Made by a program: the position numbers and the translations under genes. A stretch of DNA of 64,000 bases, from contig CM120649.1 of assembly GCA_051362555.1 (NCBI GenBank), positions 15,452,567-15,516,566 of the forward strand, in the 5' to 3' direction. Below, piece by piece: positions 32,265-47,900 of this stretch (position 1 is the stretch's first letter; every line of letters starts with the position of its first letter). The DNA comes from Lingula anatina (Eukaryota; Animalia; Brachiopoda). Below the pieces are notes generated by a model. It made no database searches, was not told the DNA's origin, and worked only from the letters and a program-made list of their open reading frames with translations.

Positions 32265-35200
32265 TCACCTCTTGGTTGCCTTTGGCTGGACTAAGACCTT
32301 GACAGGCTTGCACAGTTCTACCACCACTTTCTCCTTGCTCTCTGAGCTGTCATCTGTGGAGGAACGGTCACAGAACTTCACCAGGCTCAGTTCTATATTG
32401 CATGCCTCTGGAGGAGAAATGGAGCATTTATTGTACAAGTGTCACAACTAACACAATGTCTGTAGAGTACACACACTTGACAATAATATAATTCTATTCG
32501 GTTGAGCGAAGTGAATAAGAATGGAATTATTTTCTCCTAGGGGGCGACACTGTATACATTGTGTTAGTTGTGCTAGTGGTAAGAATTGTGGGTAAGTTAC
32601 GACAGTTGTTCATTCGACCAGTTAGCGCAGATCAGTCTACACGTAAATTTTAATTTTCAAATTTTGTTGATGAATTTGTTGTTTTAATTTGATTAGTATA
32701 TGTGATTCTTTCTGTTTTCTAACTACAGTGGTTATTTTTACAATGGTTATTTAATTTTATTTTTATTGTTTTCAACATAAATACAGTGTATGTTGTGTTG
32801 TAGGCGTATATGTGGTAGACATGGGTGTGTTTTTGGGTTTGAGATTTACGTTTATTAATTTCATGATTGATTTATATGAGCCGTTTTTGAGGAAGTTTGC
32901 ACTTGTGTAGTGGATAGATGAGTTCGGAGGTGGTGTTTGGGATGTGGTCTCAGGTGATTTCCTATGTATGGGAGAAATGAGATCGGAAGTGCTTGGGTTG
33001 TGATATTCTGTTAAATCTCTGTGCAAGTGAAAGATGAGCTTGGGTGAGCTGTGGGATGTGATATCCCGGTGATTCCCTATATGAGGGAAGGATGAGCTAG
33101 GAAGAGCTGTTGGGATGTGATATCCCGGTGATTTCCTAGGTAAGGGAAGATGAGCTCGGAAGAGCTGTTGGGATGTGATATCCCGGTGATTCCTTAGGTA
33201 AAGGAAAGATGAGTTTGGAAGAGCTGTTGGGATGTGATATCCCGGTGATTCCTTTTTATAAATAAAAGGAAGAGATGATAAAGAGGTTTGGTGAGGAGAG
33301 GGTATCCTCGTGTTTATAATTTATTTATTTAATTATTTGTTTATGTTGTTTGTAAATGATTGAAGATGGTTTGGAATAAAATTCGTGCGCTAACTGCGTC
33401 CATATACACTTTATATGTTGTTTGTGTTGTTTTATTATTAATGTTATGCAGTGTCGGTTATTGTCTAGGAGAAGAAGTGTCACCCCCTAAATCAGAGTAA
33501 TCAAAGTAGGTAGATCTTGAGTAGTTATAATGCCTGGTCTACTTACAATGTGACTAATGAGTATAAAACCACTGTACCATGGAATTGTATTGTGCATATC
33601 ATTCCACAGTCATTTATCTCCCCCCAAAGTATTGCTTCAGTAAGGGTGAAACTTCTATTGTCCAGTGTGTGTATATACTTTGCACCACTCAAATTATCAT
33701 TGATTTTGAACATATCTTATGGAAGGTATTTTTTTCTTTGGTATTAGCTGAAACTTCTTTGCACATTACCCAACACAAATTTTCAGGTAACTCGAAGAAA
33801 TCCTCAGAGTATCCATGTTATCCAAAGTGTACTATTATTTCAAACAACTGTTCAATGTGGCCAACCTCTGGATTCACATCTTTACGCTACTGAGAATAAA
33901 AAAATGCTCAATAATATCGCATCACATTAAGTATCTTAATTGCATTATCAAATCAAGGACAGTTCTGAGGCCTGCTTCTCAAAAAATCTTGTTTTTGGAC
34001 TTGTTATCCAACTAAATAATGCTTTACATAAAAAAATGACTACGATAAGGTTTGTGCTCTCAATGTAGCCCATTAAGGTACGATGTCTAATATCCTACCT
34101 TAAGCCCTTGTAACACCGGGCTTGCAAAAGTATAGCATAAACTTTCGCCCATTCTTACCCCTTTGAAAGTCAAAGCTTTTATCAATTTTTGACAGTCAAC
34201 ATCATATTCATATATCAGGGTAAATAAACTTTAAATATTGTAGATTTTTTGTTAGATATTTGTAACAATGGGCAAAAAAAAAAATAATAATAATTCTCCA
34301 AGCACTCACAAGCCCTGCTTAACAAGGGCTTTAAAAGTCCAAGATAAGCCAAATGAAAGAACCAAAGATCTTTCATGAAACAGGCACCAGGATTTAAAAA
34401 AAAAAAAAAAAAAAAACCTAACCTTGCCAGACTGCATGGGAGACCAGGACTTGGGTGACCAGTCTGTGTTTAAGTGGTCCTATTCGTTTGTAGTCACTGG
34501 GTTTAGGCAAGAGATACTGGACCTGCTGTTCTGGCGTCTTGAGCTGTAATTATAACATCCACAACATAATAACTTTATAGGTTGTTCTCAATTTGACAGC
34601 GTACATATATGAGAATTTATATCCGTTTAAAGAGTATCATCAACAGCACATCTGACATTTTTGTGATACTAGTTTTCATACCTATAGGCTAAAAAATACT
34701 CAGAAATGCTTAGAAAAATATAAACTGGGAAAAATTCCACAGGAAATTCACAATACAAATGTCAACAGATATGTGAATGTATAATTTTGCCTATTTTTTG
34801 CCCATCATAACTTTTCTTAATTTTATTTAGTTTCAGACTTTACCTTGACTCTCAGTTCTTGCACTTCTTCCACATTCTCTACCAAAACATCCATGTCAAC
34901 TGCAAGAGCCAATCCTGCAGCAAACTGTAACGGATTATCCGATTTGCCAGTTGGCTCTGTGATCATAGCTTTGGCTTTGCGTATCTGATTGGACAGTCTT
35001 GGTATTCTGCACTTAAAATTTTGTAAGATCTGATTGGCTGCAGAGATATACGTCTGTGGCTGGACTATGTCTAGTTTTTCCTCTTGGAAAATGATAGACT
35101 GGAGAAGTGGCCCTGTGACACTGTGTTCTGTTAAATATCTGAAAATGGAGATGCCATAACAGAACATGATTGTCTGTTCATCCGATTGCATTCAGCAAAA

Positions 35201-37619
35201 CGATAATTTAAGAATAATTTCTAAGAAAAGAAGCCAAAAGTTCTGAAAACAGCTATGTGAGTCATATCTTCAAACTAACTGTATTTCCAAATAATTGCAG
35301 GTTATACAATTATATGTTGGGTTTACATATTTAACTGCAGCATCAAATATTTCTACTGTTACACCTAAAAGACAGAAAACTATCGAAGAAAGGGCTAATT
35401 TAACAATTTTACTGTTATAAATCTATACATTTACATATTTATCTATTCATTTGTCCATAGCAAAAGAGATTTTTGTAAAGGAAACCCTCTTCCAGTGACT
35501 GTACAATTGAGTCACTTTTAGAATATTCAAAGACTTGTTGGCAGATTATGCATCACGCTATGAAGATCAAGTTTTTCAGTTTGAGATAAAGTCTTGTGTG
35601 CTTTAACTAATTATTTATTTGTTTCTAAAGATATTTCAAGCAAATATATTAACATTCAAGTCAAAAAGAAGGAAGCAGATAGAAGGAGGGAGATTCAAAA
35701 GACTGGTGGTGGTGGGGTCTCTCAAATAGTCTTAACTCCCATACAAGAAAAGATAAAATAATGTTAGCATTTTATTAAAATAAATTAATGTATATAGACG
35801 TCAGAACATACATTATATGGATGACTTTTTCTCCATGTTTAATACAGCTCCATGTTTAATACAACACTACAGCCGTTTCGGCCTGGAGGTATCATCAGAA
35901 ACGCAAACAGATCAAATACTAGCGCTAAAGTCATAATATTAAAAAACATTAATGTATGGACCCTCCAGCACTAACATCCCATAAATATATATCTTAATGG
36001 CAGTGCCACAGCTTAATTTGTATGAATTCTCGTTTTAAACCTAGCTAAATAGGAAGCTGCATCAGCAATCTTGCCAAAGATTTTTCCATTTCTGCAACTA
36101 GATTACCATTCACTTAAGACATGGCGAGGAATTATATACCAGTGGCACTTATCACTGTCATTGCGGTGGCTCTTCTTTACTTAAATCGAACAAAAATAAA
36201 AGAAGTTGCCATAAAGAATCTGTTTTCTGGAACACCAATGACTAGAAGAATTTCTGCAAGGACACAGAGGTTCCCGGCCATCATTTCTACCCTGGTGACT
36301 GAAAAGGAATGGGAAGAAATCCGTTGTGTCTCTCTCAAGGTGCATCCAAATATATCCACTCCTATTTGTATTTACAATTTGACACAAGCAGACCCCCTTT
36401 CAAATATGCTGTCTAGAGGAATATTTTGGCAACCACAACTAGTCAAAGAAATGATAAAGATTTTAAAGAGAGACCCAGAACTTCAACTGATTGACTTGGG
36501 TGCTAACCTTGGAACCTGGACTCTTTCAGCAGCACGACTTGGACGAAAAGTTCTGGCGGCAGAAATGTTTCCTCCGACTGTCATCCGTTTATATAAAAGC
36601 ATTCAACTGGGAAAGCTACAAGACTTAGTGACATTAGTTCCAAAGCCTTTGTCAGATACAAAAGAAAATGTTACTATTTATCTCTGTGGAAACAACAAAA
36701 TGGGCACCAACATCGTCAAAAATGCTCAAGTGATGAGCAACTGTGGCTTGGCCTCCCCTTATGTTGCAAGTACAATAACTATGGATGACCTCACTGCCTA
36801 TTTGCCAAATGGATTCAAAAAAGCTTTCATGAAAATAGACATTGAGGAGATGGAATTAAGGGTTTTCAACAGGTCAGAACATTTCTTGAAAACTGTGGAT
36901 GTTCCTATTATTTTAATGGAATGGATGCACTACAGAAGGTCAATTCAGGAACCAAAATGCAGCTACTTTATATCCTACATGAGCCGCATGGGTTATATTC
37001 CCTTCAGACACCTGGCTGGACCAGATGGTAAGCTGGGTCCACTGCTGGAAGACAAACACTGGCTCCATATTACAGACCTGTACTTGATCAAGAAGACATA
37101 CTTGAAATCAAATTTTGCACACCTTCAGTAAAAACTGAAAACACTACAGCTGAAGAATTTCATGCAAGTAATGTGATTCATTAGAGCACAGATGTGTTCA
37201 AGTTCAAAGAAAGCTAAAAGAAAGCACTGTTTAAACAGATCAGAGATTTTAGTTTTTTTTTTTTATTCTGGACTCAGGGATTCTCATTACTAATTAATAT
37301 AAGCTTCTAACAATCAATAATTACAAAACAAAAATGAAGATAAGATAACTTTTACAATTTTCATTTAATCTTACTTTTACAATTTTCATTTAATCACTAA
37401 GAAAAATCTTTCTGACTTGGTCCCAACTTGATTCACATGTTTGCATTTCTAGGAATTATTCACAAATATTGTTTGTGGAAATATGGCTGGGTTTATTGAA
37501 ATTTAAGTAATATGATAATCATTTACATAGAGGTAGGGATATTTTCATCATTATTATTAACTTAGGTCATACTTTTTTATTTTTATGGATGACATCCTGA
37601 TTTCCGCCCGTTCTCCAAA

Positions 37620-37668
<49 letters not shown>

Positions 37669-38874
37669 CCGCCCCCCCAGCCCCCAACGAAGTCGGTTGT
37701 CGCAAACGTCATTATTGAATTTGCCAGGAAATGAGCTTTCTGCACATGTGTATTATCGCCACGTGGAAATGCGGCCGCTTTGCCGTCAAATTCATCTCTA
37801 GGATTACTTTCAAATTACACAACAATAGTCAATAAAAGTCATAAAGAGAACGGGCGCTGTCGTTTTGGACTGGTATGCCATTGATATTGGGCATGGAGAT
37901 ATCACCTTTTTACAATTGTGCGAAAGGCTGGTGGCGGCCAGCAATTATCGGCCGAAAAATTTCTGTGACATTCTGTACAAAGCTGCACATTAATACCAGG
38001 TTTTCTGGACCGAAAAAAGGGTCGACAAGGGTGTTGAGGTATTCGGTGGGCTGAAGGTCGGACAGTCCACCTGACAGTTTGGCTGCTTCGTGTGAGTTGA
38101 AGTAGACAAAATGGCATCGTCCGAAATGACCTTTAATAGATTTGGTAGTATTAAGCATATCTTGCATCATTTTTTAAACATTTCTGTGAAGTGTTCAAAA
38201 TGCCTTAATATTCTGAGAATACAAATCAAGACACACTGTTTGATTGATATTTGTTTTATTGATTGCTATACCAACTAAATGCATGACATAACCTTAAATA
38301 GATTTGGTAATATGAAGTATAGCTATTCATGACTTTTTTTTTTTTTTTACATTTCTACGAAGTATTCACAATGCTTTAATATTTTGAGAGCATGGATAAA
38401 GACATTGTTAGTTTGATACGTGTTTCTGTGGTAAAATTTGTTTCCAGCTGTGTACTGACAGCATTCCTTTACTTAAGCAGTATATATATATATATATATA
38501 TATATTTGGACTTTTTTTTTTTTTTTTTTTTTTTGCCCTCTTCCCTCTTGCTCCGATTTTGGGGTACCCAGAGGATGTCATCCATAAAAATAAAAAAGTG
38601 TGGCCTTACTGGGGTTTGTTCATTAATGTTTTAGCAAAGGTCAGTAGATTGGCCAATTTAAAGGTATATGTATGTTTTATCTTTTTATCTGAAGTAAATG
38701 TATAAATCATTTGAAGTGTTTTTAAATTTTTATTTCTTTTTTACTCTAAAGCATGAATGTGCTCATTTCTCATACTGTCGCAGACAATTGTCTTCAATAA
38801 ACATGTTAACATGTCCATGTGTTAGAACCTCATCCAAAACTTGAATGCCCCTTTGTTGAAAAAAAAAACAAAGA

Positions 38875-38917
<43 letters not shown>

Positions 38918-41900
38918 GGAAGCAAAGCCATCAAGCAGATAGACTAAAATGACAGAGGCAAGCCAGCAGAATAGTCTCAAAATAAACCACCAATTTAACA
39001 ATGAAAGTGCACAAAATATTTTTATCAATAATGATGCAATTTTACAGAACAATATATATATATTTTATTATTATTTCTGAGGACACTTAGAAAAATGTAA
39101 CTAGCAGGGTTTCAGGCACAAGTGAGTTCAAAGTCACAAGTGGAAAATGCTAACTGATGAAAAGAATCACAAAAATATCGCAAAAAAAAAACTTCATCAA
39201 GGAAAATAATCTAATCCAATCCAATCAATTTTGAAATCAAGCTGTATTCTATGCAGTCTTCTATAGGTATGAAAATGTATTCTGGGCCTGTGAACAAGTC
39301 TTACAGGTATGAAAATAATAAATAACATGTCTTCCCTTTAACTGCAGCTGAGTTAAGGTGATTTGCATGCATAATATCCAGACTTAAAAGATTTCAATCT
39401 ATCAAAACATACAGTGGAATGTTTAGATTATAATGATTGACAATAAATCCAAGTCCAACAGAATTTATTTCTTATTATACAAAAGTCAAGAAACTAAATA
39501 CAATTCTAGGAAAGAAGAGATTATATGTCTCATGTTTTCAACTAAAAGATTTCAGTTCAAGAAATTATAAATGAAATACTTCTGCGAAACCTTCCATCCA
39601 AAAAGCCCACTGATGTCAATCTTGCAAATTTTTCTTTTTTCGCATCAAAGCTTTTAATATATGTATATCTAGTAAGGAATCTTAAATTATGTCAGAATCT
39701 TAATATCAGTATTCAAATCACACAGATAAAGTTTGATTTTAATCTCAAAACATAAAAAGAATATCCTGGGCTATGTCATAGTAAGATGGTGCAGGGGATC
39801 TCTCTGGTATACAGGGGACAGACTTGTTCTTTCAAACAAACTCAGCTTGAACTTCACACAGGTTTATTACCCTCTCTTAGAATAAATGTACAGAGGAGCC
39901 CTGCTCTAACTTCAACAACGCGAATTGTGGAAATCTGGCGCAAGAGCTAGCTCTGTTCTACTTTCAACAGAACACTGTCAACCCTTAAATCTACTAATTG
40001 GGGGGGGGGGGGGGGGGGGGGGGGATGACTAAGGACCTGCCTGGATCCTATTGGCAAGGTTCCCTGTCACTCAGCATCATCTATTCATTTAATCTCAGAA
40101 GAGCACATGTGTAATTTACATAATTACAACTCAAATGCACATAAAAAGAAGCTATATAGTATCTGAACAAAACCAGAACTGTTATCATACTAAAACCTAG
40201 CAAAGAACAGGCAGTTGCATAGCGCTACTACGAAGGTCTACGTATCTGTCTCTACAGCTAGATTGCCATTTATTACTGACATGGCCAGGAAGTATATAAA
40301 AATGGCACTTATCATTATCATTGTGGTGGACCTACTTTACTTAAAATATACAAAAATAAAAGGAGTTGCCATGAACAATCTCTATTCTGCAGAACCAATG
40401 ACTAGAAGAATTTCTGTAAGAACGCAGCGGTTTTCGGCTATCATTTCTACCATGGTGAGTAAAAAGGAATGGGAAAAAATAGGTTGTGTCTCTCTCAAGG
40501 TGCATCCAAATATATCCACTCCTATTTGTATTTTCAATATGACAGAAGGGGATCCCCTTTCAAATATGCTGTCTAGAGGAACACTTTGGCAACCACAGCT
40601 AGTCAAAGAAATGATAGAGATTTTAAAGAGAGACCCAAAACTCCAACTGATTGACTTGGGTGCTAACCTTGGAACCTGGACTCTTTCAGCAGCACGACTT
40701 GGACGAAAAGTTCTGGCAGCAGAAATGTTTCCTCCAACTGCCATCCGTTTATATAAAAGTATTCAACTGGGAAACCTACAAGACTTAGTGACATTAGTTC
40801 CAAAAGCTTTGTCAGATACAAAAGAAAATGTTACCATTTATCTCTGTGGAAAGAACAAAATGGGCACCAACATCGTCAAAAATGCTCAAGTGATGCGCAA
40901 CTGTGGCTTGGCCTCCCCTTATGTTGCAAGTACAATAACTATGGATGACCTCACTGCCTATTTGCCAAATGGATTCAAAAAGGCTTTCATGAAAATAGAC
41001 ATTGAGGAGATGGAATTAAGGGTTTTCAACAGATCAGAACATTTCCTGAAAACTGTGGATGTTCCTATTATTTTAATGGAATGGATGCACTACAGAAGGT
41101 CTATTCAGGAACCAAAATGCAGCTACTTTATATCCTACATGAGCCGCATGGGTTATATTCCCTTCAGACACCTGGCTGGACCAGATGGTAAGCTGGGTCC
41201 ACTGCTGGAAGACAAATACTGGCTTCAAGTAGGAGACCTGTACTTGATCAAGAAGACATACCTGGAATCAAATTTTGTACACCTTCAGTAAAAACTGAAA
41301 ACACAACAGCTGAAGAATTTTATGCAGAGTAATGTGATTCATTAGAGCACAGATGTGTTCAAGTTTAAAAGAAGCTAAAAGATGGCAGTGTTTTAATAGA
41401 TGAGGGCAGAGACTTTATGTCGTTTGTTTCCTGGACTAAATATTTAGAAGGATTTTGATTACAAAATTAAGACAAGCTTCCTAACCCCCCCCCCCCCAAA
41501 AAAAAAAAAAACAACTATAAAGATAACATTCATTTATCAATTTACTCCTAGAAGATGGAAAACATCACAAAGGTTAACTTAACATAAGTACAGATAAAAA
41601 TCTATACATAAGGTATACATACACATAAATTTTCTTTTCATTTGTACATAGCAAAAGAGATATTTGTGAAGGTAACCCCTTTTACTAAGTTTAGGTGACT
41701 GTGCATTTGCGGCTTCACTTTTAAAATATTCATAGTCTTGCTGGCAGATAATACAACACCCAATGAAAATCAAGTTTTACGGTCTCTCTTTTTATAATTT
41801 TTTGGCTTTCAGGCAAACAAAACGAAATGAGAGCTGTTGTCATATTTAAACTTAGCTAAGAATAGGAAGTTGCATCGGCACTCCTGCCAAAGATTCTTCT

Positions 41901-44900
41901 ATTTATCTACAGCTAGATTTCCATTCATGGCGAGGAAGTATAATATACAAGTGGCATTTATCGCTATTATTGTGGTGGTTCTACTTTACTTTAAACAAAC
42001 AAAAATTAAAGGAGTTTTAATAAAGAATCTATATTCTGGAACACCAAAGACTGGGAGAATTTCTGCAAGGACACAGAGGTTCCCGGCCATCATTTCTAAC
42101 CTGGTGAGTGAAAAGGAATGGGAAAAAATCAGCTGTGTCCCTTTCAAGGTGGATCGAAATATATCCACTCCTATTTGTATTTACAATTTGACAGAAGGGG
42201 ATAACCTCTCCAAAGTACTGTCCAGAGGAACAGTTTGGCAACCACATCTAATAAAGACAATTCAGATTTTAAAGAGAGACCCAGAACTCCAACTGATTGA
42301 CTTGGGTGCTAACCTTGGAACCTGGACTCTTTCAGCAGCACGACTTGGACGAAAAGTTCTGGCAGCAGAAATGTTTCCTCCGACTGTCATCCGTTTATAT
42401 AAAAGCATTCACCTGGGAAACCTACAGGACCTAGTGACATTAGTTCCAAAGCCTTTGTCAGATACAAAAGAAAATGTTACCATTTATCTCTGCGGAAAAA
42501 GCAAAATGGCCATCAACATCTTGATGCGCAAATGTAGCTCGCCCTCCCCTTATGTTGCAAGTACAATAACTATGGATGACCTCACTGCCTATTTGCCAAA
42601 TGGATTCAAAAAAGCTTTCATGAAAATAGACATTGAGGGAATGGAATTAAGAGTTTTTAACAGATCAGAACATTTCTTGAAAACTGTGGACGTTCCTGTT
42701 ATTTTAATGGAATGGAGGTTCTATATAAAGTCGACTCTGGAACCAAAATGCAGCTACTTTATATCCTACATGATCCGCATGGATTATATTCCCTTCAGAC
42801 ACCTGGCTGGACCAGCTGGTAAGTTGGGTCCACTGCTGGAAGACACACACTGGCTCCATATTACAGACCTGTACTTGATCAAGAAGACATACTTGAAATC
42901 AAATTTTGCACACCTTCAGTAAAAACTGAAAACACTACAGCTGAAAAATTTTATGCAAAGTAATGTGATTCATTAGAGCACAGATGTGTTCAAGTTCAAA
43001 GAAAGCACTGCAGATGAGGTCAGAGATTTTTTTCCCTGGACTTATTATTTAGAGGGATTCTGATCACTAATTATCATAAGCTTCCAACAATCAATAATTA
43101 CAAAACAAAAATGAAGATAAGATTAATTTTACAACTTTCATTTAATCACAAAGAAAAAGCTCTCTGACTTGGTCCCAACTTGATACACATGTTTGTATTT
43201 CTAGGAATTATCAACAAAATATTGATTGTGGACTATAGCTGGGTTTATTGAAAAATGTGGTATGTGAAAGTATGTGGTAACCATTTACATAGAGGTAGGG
43301 CTATTTTCATTATTTTTATCTTACTGGTGTTTGTTCATTCATGTTTTAGCAAAGGTCAGTGGATTGGCCAATTTAAAGGTATATGTTTGTTTTATCTTTT
43401 TGTCAGAATTAAATGTATAAATCAATTGAGGTGTTTTTTTATTATTTATTTTGCTATAAAGCATGAGTGTTCCCTTTATTTCAAATTGTATCAGTCTGTT
43501 GGTGGGGGGACCTTCCTTTGACTACCCCGACCCCCACATAACATAAAATAACTCTTTATAATAAAACCACAGGGGTTGGGCACAATGGGCTCACATCTTT
43601 GGATAATGCCATCTGTAATACTGCTACGGAGATTCCCAGGTTCCATGCTCAAAACTCTGCACACGGAAAAGAATGAAACGACTCCATGTTGTAACTTCAA
43701 CAGAATATATTTTGTTAAACTAAAAGTTACATGGTACAAGCATGACCTCTCTTCCTGTATATCTGTCCCTCTACTGAGTTCACAGATTTTTATGCTAAAC
43801 TTCATCAATTGAACTGTCCATCACATAACTTATAGACTGATTGGTTACTTCAGACACAAGTCCACCCCCTCATGGTGGGCACCCCCTAATAACTCAATGT
43901 AATCAAGCTCTAACAGATTACTAGCTTGAAACAAAGGACATTAAAATTTGAACTGCTAGGTGTGAAATATTATCTAAAGCTACTTATACAACTTGGCTTC
44001 CCATGTGTGGATTTTATCAAACAATGGCTTCCTTTGATTGAATTAATACTACGTCACATTAAGAACTAATTCCACTTTTTTCTATACTGTGGTTCCTGAC
44101 ATGTTGTCTTCAATAAACACGTCAAGATGTCCACCCGTTAGAACCTCATACAAAACGTGAATGCCCTTTTGTTAACAAAAAAATACTAATAATAAATAAA
44201 TTAATTAATCAATTAATTAAATAATAATAATTAACAAAAAAGGCAGCAAAGCTGTCAAGCGGACAGACAAAAAAATGATAAAGGCATGACAGTTGAACAC
44301 TCTACAAATATACATACAAAAATGACAGAGGCAAGACGGCAGAATGGTCTCAAAATGAACCACAAATTTAACAATGAAAGTGCACAAAATATTTCTTTCA
44401 AAAATGAAGCAATTTTACAGAATAAATTTTTTAATTATTATTACTAAGGACACTTAAAAAAATGTAACTAGATCAGGGTTTCAGGTGCAAGGGATTTTGA
44501 AGTGACAACTGGAAAAATGCTATCTGATAAAAAGAATCACAAAAACAACTTCATCAAGAAAAAAATCCCATCCAATCAAGCTGTTTTTTATTAAATCAAG
44601 CTGTATTTTGGGTCTGTGAACCATTCTTATAGGTATGAAAATAATAAGTAACATGGCTTTCCTTTAACTGCAGCTGAGTTAAAGTGATTTGCAAGCATAA
44701 TATCCAGGCTTTAAAGATTTCAATCTATCAAAACATACAATGGAATGTTTAGATTATAATGATCGACAATAAATCCAAGTAAATTATCTATCAAATATAA
44801 TTTATTCCTTATTATACATAAGTCAAGAAACTAAATACAATTCTTGGAAAAAAACATATGTTTCCCGTTTTCAGCTTAAAGATATCAGTTCAAGAAATTA

Positions 44901-47900
44901 TTAATGAAATGCTTCCACAAACCTTGCATCCTAAAAGCCCACTGATTTCATTCTTTCATATTTTCTTTTTTTGCTTCAAAGCTTTTAATATATGTATATC
45001 AAAAGTAAGCAATCATACATTACGTCAAAATCTTAATCTTGGTAGTCATCTCTGTACACACAGATAATGTTTGATTTTTATCTCACAAGATAAAAAGAAT
45101 ATCCTGGGCTTTGTTATAGATAAATAAGCTATGATTTGAAGTGATAATCAAGACAAAGCTAGCTTAACTGGTAGCTACCTATAAAATTGTGGAAAGTAGT
45201 TTAATTCATCTGAATATTCATATACTGGAAGTTTCAGTAATCTTGCTTTAATTATTCAAATTGGTATATCTGCTTTACAGAGGCAGGGCCTCTGTCACCC
45301 CTCATGATATAGATATTAATTAAAGGAATTCTTACTGCAACTCAGTACAGGGTCAGCACTCATGTTAGGGCGCATTCCCATAGATTATAGATCAATCTAT
45401 CCCCATGGGGAGTCTCACTAGATTACTGTTTTTGGCTTTTATCCGAACAAAACCAGAATTGTTGTCATACTAAAACCTAGCTAAGATTAGGAAGTTGTAT
45501 CAGTCCACTGCTGGAAGACAAATACTGGCTCAAGGTAGAAGACCTTTATTTGATCAAGAAGACATACTTGAAATCAAATTTTGTATGCCTTCAGTTAAAA
45601 CTGAAAACACAACAGAAGAAGAATTTTATACAGAGTAATGTGATTCGTTAGAGCACAGATGGATTCAAGTTTAAAAGAAGCTTAAAAATGGCATTGTTTT
45701 AACAGATAAGGTCAGAGATTTTATATGTCAATTTGTTTCCTGGACTAAACATTTAGGATTTTGATTACAAAGTTGAGATAAGCTTCCTAACCCCCCCCCC
45801 CAACCCCCCAAAAAATCTATGAAGGCAAGATTAATTGTTAATATACACCTAGAAGACAGAAGAACATCACAGAAAAGGCTAACTTCACATACATACTGAT
45901 ATAAACCTATACATAAGGTATACATATACATTAATTTTCTTTTCATTTGTACATAGCAAAAGAGATATTTATGAAGGTAACCCCTTTTACTAAGTTTACA
46001 TGACTGTGCATTTGCTGAGTCACTTTTGAAATATTCATAGTCTTGTTGGCAGATTTATGTGCAACACGCTATGAAGATCATGTTTTCCAGTCTCTCTTTT
46101 TGTCATTTTTGGCTTTCATCCTAACAAAGCCAGAGCTGTTGTCACATTAAAACTTAGCTAAGAAAAGGAAGTTGCACTCTTGCCAAAGATTTTTCCATTT
46201 CTGCAGCTAGATTGCTATTCATTATTGACATGGCAAGGAAGTATATACAAGTGGCAGTCATCACTATCATTGTGGTGGTTCTACTTTACTTTAAACAAAC
46301 AAAAATAAAAGGAGCTGCCATGAACAATCTCTATTCTGCAGAACCAATGACTAGAAGAATTTTTGCAAGGACACAGAGGTACCCGGCCATCATTTCTACC
46401 ATGGTGAGTGAAAAGGAATGGGAAGAAATCCATTGTGTCTCTCTCCAGGTGCATCCAAATATATCCACTCCTATTTGTATTTTCAATATGACGGAAGGGG
46501 ATCCCGCTTCAAAAAAGCTATCTAGAGGAATATTTTGGCAACCACACCTAATAAAAGAAATGATAGAGATTTTAAAGGGAGACCCTGAACTCCAACTGAT
46601 TGACTTTGGTGCTAATCTTGGAACTTGGACTCTTTCAGCAGCACGACTTGGACGAAAAGTTCTGGCAGCAGAAATGTACCCTCCAACTTTCATCCGTTTA
46701 TATAAAAGCATTCAACTGGGAAACCTACAGGACCTAGTGACATTAGTTCCAAAGCCTTTGTCAGATACAAAAGAAAATGTTACCATTTATCTCTGTGGAA
46801 ACAACAAAATGGGCACCAACATTGTCAAAAATGCTAAAGTGATGCGCAACTGTGGCTTGGCCTCCCCTTATGTTGCAAGTACAATAACTATGGATGACCT
46901 CACTGCCTATTTGCCAAGTGGATTCAAAAAAGCTTTCATGAAAATAGACATTGAGGAGATGGAATTAAGGGTTTTCAACAGATCAGAACATTTCCTGAAA
47001 ACTGTGGATGTTCCTATTATTTTAATGGAATGGATGCACCACAGAAGGTCTATTCAGGAACCAAAATGCAGCTACTTTATATCCTACATGACCCGCATGG
47101 ATTATATTCCCTTCAGACACCTGGCTGGACCAGATGGTAAGCTGGGTCCACTGCTGGAAGACAAACACTGGCTTCAAGTAGGAGACCTGTACTTGATCAA
47201 GAAGACATACTTGGAATCAAATTTTTCACAACTTCAGTAATATCAGGGGTAATATCAGGGGTAATATCAGGGGCGGATTGAGGCTGTCTTCTGGGTCCTC
47301 TGGAGAAAACGGTCAGATTTTCAAGTTTACATTGACGGGCATCTAATTTATTCTGTAGGAAGACAGTCAAAAATGGAGGATGGATCAACAAAGATCATTT
47401 GGAAGACTGTCAGAAAATATCTCCGGAACCACCCCTGAATATGATTCATAAGAGTGTAGAAGTCTTCAATGTGATACACATTTTATGCTTGTGTTTCTTG
47501 GAATTAACAATAAAACATTGTTTGTGGAAATATAGCTGGGTTTATGAAAAATGAGTATATGATTTCCATTTATATAGAGGTAGGGATATTTTCATTATTA
47601 TTATTATTATTATCTTACTAGGGTTTTGTTCATTGGCCAATTTATAGGTATATGTATGTTTTATCTTTTTACCTGAAGTAAATATACAAATCATTTGAAG
47701 CGTTTTTTTTTTTTCTCACTCTAAAGCATGAATGTGCACTTTATTTCAAATTGTCTAGGTCTGTTGTCTTCAATAAACATGCAAAGATGCCCAGGTCATA
47801 GAGATATGTCCAAAATAAATAAATAAATAAACAAGGCAGCAAAGCTGTCCAGGGGACAGACAGAAATGATAGAGGCATGACAGTAGAACAGTCTCAAAAT

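Noticed and set aside
36121-47240. Bacterial contamination or recent horizontal transfer as the source of the FkbM ORFs
   Set aside because: They are embedded between in-phase INTS4 exons, share the host AT content, have eukaryote-type signal anchors, and are interspersed with host MITEs. Ancient transfer cannot be judged without a phylogeny.
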